A DNA stretch of 64,000 nucleotides from an uncultured Gammaproteobacteria bacterium. Its GTDB lineage: Bacteria > Patescibacteriota > Microgenomatia > UBA12405. Below the pieces are notes generated by a model that did not search any database, was not told the origin of the DNA, and saw only the letters and a program-made list of their open reading frames with translations. Shown here piece after piece: positions 57,782 to 64,000 of this stretch; positions within the stretch are counted from its first letter, which is position 1; the number at the start of each line of letters is the position of its first letter. The DNA is taken from NCBI GenBank assembly GCA_964448705.1, contig CAYUZS010000001.1, positions 114,687 to 178,686 on the forward strand, read 5' to 3'. The translations under genes were made by a program, and so were the position numbers.

Positions 57782-59502
57782 GAGGTTGACATCTGTGAAT
57801 TATAAATTTGTTGATATTCAGGTGATTTTTTTAATAACTGTTGATGGGTGCCAACGGCTAAAACCTCCCCTTCCATTAAAAGAATGATCTGGTCGTAATC
57901 TACAACTGAAGATATTTGTTGAGTAATAAGAACCCGGGTGGCGAGAGAATAATTTTTAGAGATATTGGTAAAAATATTTTTTTCAGTTTCCTTGTCGACA
58001 CGGGCGGTGAAATCATCCAACAATAATATTTTTGGATTCAAGGCCAAAGCCCGGGCCAGGGTTAACCTCTGTTTTTGACCACCGGAAAGATTACTCCCCC
58101 TTTCGGCAATTTTAGTATCCAGACCATGAGGCAGACGATCAATAAAACCTTTTAATTCAGCAGTTTCGATTGCCTTTTGTAAATCGATATCACTGAGATT
58201 TTTATTGAAACTGATATTTTCTTTAATTGAAGTATTAAAAATAGAACTGTCCTGAAAAACCAATCCGATTTGGGAAGAAAGTGATTCGGCTGAGTAGTCG
58301 CTAAGCGGAAAATTATCAATTGTTATCTTGCCTGAAGTTGGCGGTAATAGTCCTGACAGCAGATAAAATAATTGGGTTTTTCCGGCAGCAGTGGGACCGA
58401 GAATTGCTGTTTTAGAATGAGCTTTTATGACAAAGGAAACATCTTTTAAAACAGGTTTGTTGTCGAAAGATAAATTAACATGAGAAAAGCGAATATTGCC
58501 ATTTAGTTGACGATTTAATTTGCCCGGTGATAAAGGAGGCTTGGAATTGATTACCTGATAAATACGCTCGTAAGAAACTCCGGCTCTGGCCAATAAATTA
58601 CTAATAAATCCAAGCACCAAAATCGGGAAGATAAGCAAAGAGATATAGCTTAAAAAGGCTGACAAACTACCGATAGAAAAAGTACCATTCATAATGGAAC
58701 GACCGCCGGTATAAAGAACCATTACCACTGCGGAATTAGCAATAATTGAAATTACGGGAATTAAGGCAGAGAAAAGTTTTAAAATTGACAAACCATTTTC
58801 CCGGGCTTCGGAACTGACCAGATTAAATTTCTGATTTTCCACAGAACCGGAATTCAAAATTCTTATCAAAGGGGCAGCGACCATACTCTCGTTGATGGTT
58901 TTGTTTAATTTATCAATTATTTGCTGGGCACTAAGAAAATATTTTCTTACCTGTCGAAAAATAAGAAAGAAAATTGTACCAATCAGCGGAACTATAGTAA
59001 GAACAATCAGCGCCAAACCGAAATTAATAGAAATTAAAAGAACTGAAGCGCCGATAAGGACAACCAGTGAAGAAAACATCTGGATTAAAGCCTGAGAAAT
59101 GGCCATTTTAAGATTATCGACATCGGCTGTCAGATTGGTTAATAGTTTTTCCGGAGTAGTTTCGACAATAAATGAAAAATGCTGACGGGAAATTTTATCG
59201 ATAAGTTTGGTTCTTAAATCACGGGCAACCAATTCGGAAAGATAAGTTTGCAAAATACTCTGAATAGCAGAAAAAATAAAGACGGCGATCGAAACAGCGG
59301 AAATTATTTTGACATAATTTATTAATTTGAAATCGGGCTGCGAAAACGAATCAATAACCCCGGCAACCAATTTTGGTAAAAAGAGACCAAGGCCGTTGGC
59401 CAAGAGATTAAAAATTAAAATAACTATTATTAAAGCCAAATACGGCCTTGCCAAAGAGAACAAACGATACGGATTTTTCCTGGTTTTTTCTGGAGATGAC
59501 AT
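57778..59502 (-). CDS. ABC exporter, fused TMD-NBD subunit (degenerate site)
   Basis: GPTAAGKT, LSGGQKQR, LLDD, ITQQ; typical heterodimer partner. Confidence 0.93.
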   Translation of the reverse strand: MSSPEKTRKNPYRLFSLARPYLALIIVILIFNLLANGLGLFLPKLVAGVIDSFSQPDFKLINYVKIISAVSIAVFIFSAIQSILQTYLSELVARDLRTKLIDKISRQHFSFIVETTPEKLLTNLTADVDNLKMAISQALIQMFSSLVVLIGASVLLISINFGLALIVLTIVPLIGTIFFLIFRQVRKYFLSAQQIIDKLNKTINESMVAAPLIRILNSGSVENQKFNLVSSEARENGLSILKLFSALIPVISIIANSAVVMVLYTGGRSIMNGTFSIGSLSAFLSYISLLIFPILVLGFISNLLARAGVSYERIYQVINSKPPLSPGKLNRQLNGNIRFSHVNLSFDNKPVLKDVSFVIKAHSKTAILGPTAAGKTQLFYLLSGLLPPTSGKITIDNFPLSDYSAESLSSQIGLVFQDSSIFNTSIKENISFNKNLSDIDLQKAIETAELKGFIDRLPHGLDTKIAERGSNLSGGQKQRLTLARALALNPKILLLDDFTARVDKETEKNIFTNISKNYSLATRVLITQQISSVVDYDQIILLMEGEVLAVGTHQQLLKKSPEYQQIYNSQMSTS

Positions 59503-59564
59503 GATTTTGAAAAAAGAACGATTGGTAATTTTAAGACTGTAATATGAATTTTACAAGTGATATA

Positions 59565-59599
59565 TTGACAGACTAGCACTCCGAGTGCTAGACTGCTTA
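59565..59599 (+). promoter_or_regulatory. Promoter overlapped by CIRCE-like (HrcA) operator
   Basis: TTGACA-18-TAGACT; CTAGCACTC-N9-GACTGCTTA versus CIRCE consensus TTAGCACTC-N9-GAGTGCTAA; upstream of hsp20. Confidence 0.8.
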
Positions 59600-59636
59600 T
59601 GCTTAATTATTTATCAAAAAAGGAGATAAAAAAATT

Positions 59637-60074
59637 ATGTCTATCATCCGTTTCGATCCTTTTAAAAATGATTTCTTTCCCTCAATAAGACCAAACTTCT
59701 CCCCTTTCTGGGAAGACGAGGAATGGCCGGAGCTAACAATGACTCAGGGACTTAATGTTTACGAAGAAAACGATAAAGTGGTGGTTAAGGCCGCAGTACC
59801 GGGAATTCCTGAAGACAAATTGGAAATTACTTATGAAGATGGAGTTTTAAATATTAAGGGCAGTGTTCAGGAAACCGAAGAAGAAAAAAATAAAAAAAAA
59901 GTTGTTTACCGTAAACAAATGATATCCTCGGTGAACTACACTACTTATCTACCAAGAGCCGTCGACACTGAAAAAATGGAAGCAACAATAAAAGACGGAG
60001 TAGTTACTATCTCGGCACCTGTTGCCCAAGAGGCAAAAGCTAAAAAAATCTCTATAAAAAAGGATGTCAAATAA
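59637..60074 (+). CDS. Hsp20/alpha-crystallin small heat-shock protein
   Basis: RFDPF, VYE......VKAAVPG, LP..VD.....AT.KDGV.TI..P, I.I tail; AAGGAG SD. Confidence 0.93.
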   Translation: MSIIRFDPFKNDFFPSIRPNFSPFWEDEEWPELTMTQGLNVYEENDKVVVKAAVPGIPEDKLEITYEDGVLNIKGSVQETEEEKNKKKVVYRKQMISSVNYTTYLPRAVDTEKMEATIKDGVVTISAPVAQEAKAKKISIKKDVK

Positions 60075-60090
60075 ATTTTGATAAAAAAAT

Positions 60091-60113
60091 AAGACCCCCG
60101 AAAGGGGGTCTTT
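60091..60113 (+). terminator. Intrinsic terminator after hsp20
   Basis: AAGACCCCC-GAAA-GGGGGTCTT followed by T-rich sequence. Confidence 0.85.
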
Positions 60114-60130
60114 ATGTTAGTATAGAATTC

Positions 60131-60661
60131 ATGGAAGAAAATAAAAATGAAGTCTGCCCTAAATGCGGAGCACCGTTAGGAGAAGTTACTGAAACATCAA
60201 CCGGAAGGCGGATACAGAGATGCAGTCGAGGTTCATGGAACCCACAAACTCATAAAAATGAAGGCTGTGAATATGTTAAATGGCTGGAGGTTGAGCCAAA
60301 ATCCTTAGGTGAAAAATGTCCTAAATGCGGGGCTAATCTAATTTTAGCAGTAACCAGGTTTGGTAAAAAAATGAAAAAATGTTCAACTTCCGGATGGGAT
60401 AAAGAAGCTAAAAAAGCTACCGGATGTGACTATGTAGAATGGATAAACGGAACCACAGAACCTTTGGATGAAGTTTGCCCTAAATGCGGTGAAAAATTAG
60501 TTTTGTATACCACTGCCAACGGTAAAAAAATGAAAAAATGTTCAACTTCCGGATGGGATAAAGAAGCTAAAAAAGCTACCGGATGTGACTATGTTCTCTG
60601 GTTAAGGGCAGGACAAACAGAGTCGGATAATGGTGAAGAGTATCTACCTCCGGAGGAATAA
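60131..60661 (+). CDS. Stand-alone topoisomerase-type C4 zinc-ribbon repeat protein
   Basis: Three CPKCG...CS...GC.YV.W repeats. Confidence 0.8.
   Translation: MEENKNEVCPKCGAPLGEVTETSTGRRIQRCSRGSWNPQTHKNEGCEYVKWLEVEPKSLGEKCPKCGANLILAVTRFGKKMKKCSTSGWDKEAKKATGCDYVEWINGTTEPLDEVCPKCGEKLVLYTTANGKKMKKCSTSGWDKEAKKATGCDYVLWLRAGQTESDNGEEYLPPEE
60362..60594. repeat. Exact 74-nt intragenic direct repeat (159-nt period)
   Basis: 60362-60435 identical to 60521-60594. Confidence 0.9.
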
Positions 60662-60775
60662 ACCGAGAAATTTTTGGCCGCCGTGTTTTTTACAGAACCG
60701 ATATTGGAGCAAGTAAAACTGATTTCTTAAGTTTTCTTCAGTTAAGCAAATAACCGATACTGTAAAATACTCTGA

Positions 60776-61996
60776 ATGAAAAAATATGTGGGAATGGGAG
60801 CAGTTTATTGTTCAATACTAATAGCGGGATGGTTGTGGATAGGAGAAGGTAAAGAATTTTCAGTAAACGAAATTGGTAAATTGTTTGGTATTTTGGGAAT
60901 TGTTTTGATGTCGTGGACAACAATACTTGGGGCCAGAATAAAATTTTTGGAAGATTACTTTTACAGTTTGAATAAGGCATACATTAACCACCATCTGACC
61001 GGCGGAGCCAGTTTTTTATTGATTTTGTTTCATCCGGTATTGCTGAGCATCCGCTATCTTAATTACTCAGTTTCTGCAGCCTGGGAATTTTTTCTACCGA
61101 GTCAATATATGGCCAAAAATTTTGGAATAGCGGCCGTGTGGTTAATGGTAGGATTGATGGTTTTAACTTTATTCGTGAAGATTGATTATAAAAAATGGCA
61201 TATTTCACATAAGTTCATGTCTGCCGTTTTTATTTTGTCGGTGATCCATTGGATGACAATCTATAGCGATGTTTCCGAAAATATGATTTTAAGAGGATAT
61301 TTGATGCTAATAAGTTCCTTGGGAATCGGGGCAATAATCTACCGAACTTTACTGCCCGGAAAATTAGTTAAAAAATATAATTATGTTGTCGGCAAACATA
61401 AAGTTTATCATCAACATTTAATTTTAAATTTAAAACCTGAGACCGAAAAAATGGTATATAAACCGGGACAATTTGTTTTTCTTGAGGTATTCGGAGAAAG
61501 CCATCCTTTGTCACTATCCAGCAATAATGACGAGCTGGAATTGATTATAAAAATAAACGGTGATTGGACCAACAAACTGACCCGGCTTAAAGACAACGAT
61601 TTGGTAAAGGTGGAAGGCCCATACGGAAAATTCGGACAAAATAAAAGCAACGATGAAGAAGTGTGGATTGCCGGAGGAGTAGGAATAGTCCCCTTTGTGG
61701 CATTAGCAAAAATAAAAAGCAAGAAAAAAATAAAATTGTTTTACTCTGTGAAAACTAATTATGACCTGATAAAAGTTAAAGAATTAATTAAGAAAACTTC
61801 AGATAAATTTCAAGTGAAATTTATAGAATCCGATAAGCAGGGTCGGTTGAAAGCTGAACAGGTACTGAGCAATAACCCAAACACGGAATATTTGCTGTGC
61901 GGACCGACTGGAATGGTAGAAAATATTAAAAATGATTTAATTAAATTAAAAGTTAAACCGAAAAAAATTATTTCGGAGGAGTTTTTTTTAAAATGA
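60776..61996 (+). CDS. Ferric reductase/NOX-like transmembrane flavocytochrome
   Basis: TM His pairs (HH..G...H; H..H...H), PGQF, HPLS FAD motif, EGPYG, IAGGVGIVPF, LCGP..M, EEF. Confidence 0.87.
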   Translation: MKKYVGMGAVYCSILIAGWLWIGEGKEFSVNEIGKLFGILGIVLMSWTTILGARIKFLEDYFYSLNKAYINHHLTGGASFLLILFHPVLLSIRYLNYSVSAAWEFFLPSQYMAKNFGIAAVWLMVGLMVLTLFVKIDYKKWHISHKFMSAVFILSVIHWMTIYSDVSENMILRGYLMLISSLGIGAIIYRTLLPGKLVKKYNYVVGKHKVYHQHLILNLKPETEKMVYKPGQFVFLEVFGESHPLSLSSNNDELELIIKINGDWTNKLTRLKDNDLVKVEGPYGKFGQNKSNDEEVWIAGGVGIVPFVALAKIKSKKKIKLFYSVKTNYDLIKVKELIKKTSDKFQVKFIESDKQGRLKAEQVLSNNPNTEYLLCGPTGMVENIKNDLIKLKVKPKKIISEEFFLK

Positions 61997-62370
61997 AAAA
62001 CACAAAAATTGTTATCGGCCTGGCGTTAATATTAGTGGTTGTCTACCTTGGATTTTTAGCGACACAAGGCAAAAAGACTGAAGAAACAAGTGTTGCCCCC
62101 ACACCGACTGAGGCGACTGAAAAAACCTATACTTTGGCGGAAGTTGAAAAACACGTTACCGAAAGTGATTGTTGGACAGTGATTAATGAGGATATTTATG
62201 ATGTAACCGGTTTAATTAGCAAACACCCAGGAGGAAGGGATGCGATTTTATCAGCCTGCGGCAAAGACGGAACTTCAATTTTTGAAGAGCGAAACGGAAA
62301 AGGACCGCATCCGGATAAAGCCCAGGATGTATTAAGCGGTATCCGTGTCGGAAAATTGAGTAGTATTTAA
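61993..62370 (+). CDS. Membrane-anchored cytochrome b5-like heme-binding protein
   Basis: YTLAEVEKH...DCW.VI...YDVT....HPGG...CGKDGT..F. Confidence 0.9.
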   Translation: MKNTKIVIGLALILVVVYLGFLATQGKKTEETSVAPTPTEATEKTYTLAEVEKHVTESDCWTVINEDIYDVTGLISKHPGGRDAILSACGKDGTSIFEERNGKGPHPDKAQDVLSGIRVGKLSSI

Positions 62371-62384
62371 GTTATAATCCACCC

Positions 62385-63166
62385 ATGCAGGTGGAAAATA
62401 ACTACTTAAGCCCGATCGAGAAACAACTATTGTTTTTGAGATGGAGAAAACAAAATGAGAATAAACTCTTTTTGTTTGATCTCGATGATACGATCTGTCC
62501 AACCAGGAAAGAGTTCAGTTTGGCGATTGAGGCGGCCAGCCAACAAATGAATAGATATTGACCGGAAACAACGACCCAGGATTGGAAAAAAGAAATCGTA
62601 ACAATTAACAACCGGCTATTTGAAATTTATAGAGTAAATCCAAATCGTTGGAAAATATTGACGACAGAACTGTCGAAGACGTATCAACTAACACCGACAG
62701 CCGCTGACGAGATAAACAACATTTTTGATTCGATTTATCAAAAATCTCTGGGGTGGCTGCCGGGAGCCAGAGAAGGATTAGAATTTATGAAAGAGACGGA
62801 AACTCCAAAATAGGAATAGTGACACACGCTGATAGAGATTGGACCTGGCGAAAATATCAATGGTTGGAATTGGAAAAATATTTAGAATGGGATAATGTCT
62901 ACACAATCGACACCAGGGAACACAAAACAGCTGAAAAATGGGGAGAGGCAATTAGTTATTTTTCGATCAGACCGAAAAATTGCGCCGTAGTCGGCGACAG
63001 TCCCAGATCGGATATTAATCCGGCTGATGAAATTGGGGTGAAAGAACTTTTTATGGTGGAAGATCCCGATCAATGGTCGCTGCATAAACAAGCAGTCCCT
63101 CCACGAACAAGGGTTATTGCTAATCTAAACCAAATAAGAGAAGTCGGACGGGAAGTCCGACGATAA
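62385..63166 (+). pseudogene. HAD-superfamily hydrolase, disrupted
   Basis: FDLDDT motif after ATG 62385; in-frame TGA at 62559-62561; frameshift near 62805-62813; VVGDSPRSDI in the second frame. Confidence 0.8.
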
Positions 63167-63194
63167 GAAATGACAATTATTTCTTTACGGATTT

Positions 63195-64000
63195 TCAGAA
63201 AGAATATTTAGCTTCCAGACGATTTTCAGGTAGATAAAACTTTTGGTCAACATCGAGTTCATCTATAAACTCCTGATTATGAGAGACAATTAAAAGCGAA
63301 CCGGTATAAGATTTTATTGATTCCAAAATTAAACGTTGAGAAAGTGGATCGAGATAAGTTGTCGGTTCATCAAGAATTAAGAGATTGAAATTTTGAGCCA
63401 ATAATCGGGCAATAGATAATCTTGTTTTCTCTCCGCCGGACAGACTGACGACTTTTTGAAAAACTTTGTCTCCGGCAAAAAGCATTTTAGCCAAAAGAGA
63501 ACGAACCTGACTTTCATTTAAACCGCCTCTGGTATTTTTAATAGTATCCATGAGAGTCATTTCCGGAACCAGATCAGAAAGTTCCTGACAATAATAACCC
63601 CATTTTAGTTTCGGATCCCGAATGATGTCACCATCGTCAGGAAGAAAATCACCTAAAAGTATTTTTATGAGAGTAGATTTGCCGGCACCATTAGGTCCAA
63701 GAAGAGCCGTTTTTTGGCCGCGTTTAAGAGTAAGATTGACATTATTCAAAACTGATTTAGTCCCAAAGGATTTGCTAATGTTTTTGGTATAAACGGGAAT
63801 TTCACCAACCCATAAGGGTTCAGGTAGAATAAGTTTTATTTTTTTAGCCTCCGGCGGCATTGAAGGCATATTTTCTTCAATATCTTCGACTCTTCTTTGA
63901 AGATTTAATCTGGCTTTGACTCCTTTTTTAGATTTGAAGTGGGCCATTTTTATTAAACCTTTTTTCATCTGAAGCAGATGTTTTTGTTCAGCTTCGATAT
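63195..64000 (-). CDS. ABC-F family ATPase, C-terminal part (5' end outside window)
   Basis: GPNGAGKST, LSGGEKTRL, LDEPT, VSH; no TM segments. Confidence 0.88.
   Translation of the reverse strand, partial: IEAEQKHLLQMKKGLIKMAHFKSKKGVKARLNLQRRVEDIEENMPSMPPEAKKIKLILPEPLWVGEIPVYTKNISKSFGTKSVLNNVNLTLKRGQKTALLGPNGAGKSTLIKILLGDFLPDDGDIIRDPKLKWGYYCQELSDLVPEMTLMDTIKNTRGGLNESQVRSLLAKMLFAGDKVFQKVVSLSGGEKTRLSIARLLAQNFNLLILDEPTTYLDPLSQRLILESIKSYTGSLLIVSHNQEFIDELDVDQKFYLPENRLEAKYSF

Noticed and set aside
60362-60594. Diversity-generating retroelement TR/VR pair
   Set aside because: Copies are identical, in frame within one gene, show no adenine-specific differences, and no reverse transcriptase is present.
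62559-62561. In-frame TGA as evidence for genetic code 25 or selenocysteine
   Set aside because: TGA terminates conserved genes here (e.g. the gatA/gatB ATGA overlap), no other gene needs readthrough, and the same gene also has a frameshift.
1-64000. tRNA/rRNA genes, IS elements, prophage or anti-phage defence genes
   Set aside because: Intergenic gaps are short, and I recognised no cloverleaf, transposase, integrase, phage or defence hallmark. A covariance/HMM scan would be needed to exclude them fully.

Overview
AT-rich, gene-dense bacterial chromosome segment using the standard genetic code (TGA acts as stop). Gene content suggests a Patescibacteria/CPR, probably Microgenomates-type, genome; this is inference. 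The window carries housekeeping genes (gatCAB, pcrA, metG, rpsT, folD, map, murJ, a superoxide dismutase, 2-oxoacid:ferredoxin oxidoreductase alpha/beta, rarA, a DEAD-box helicase). It also has a large envelope/glycosylation cluster (pilN/pilO, LPxTG-like Pro/Thr-rich proteins, a UbiA-type phosphoribosyltransferase, PAP2, several GT-C enzymes, a YYY/DUF2298 protein), a sortase fusion, a TasA/SipW-type fibre cassette sitting inside a DNA-repair run, a subtilase, ABC transporters, CIRCE-associated Hsp20, a ferric reductase plus cytochrome b5 pair, and a HAD pseudogene. The top finding is an unannotated 13-aa leader peptide (MFYLVRFNQNNNR) with mutually exclusive 1:2, 2:3 and 3:4 helices directly upstream of gatCAB. 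It looks like a classical ribosome-mediated attenuator sensing Asn-tRNA and Gln-tRNA, the two products of GatCAB. Many genes appear to be transcribed leaderless. I saw no rRNA, tRNA, CRISPR array or mobile element. All product calls come from motif recognition by eye; no database search was run.
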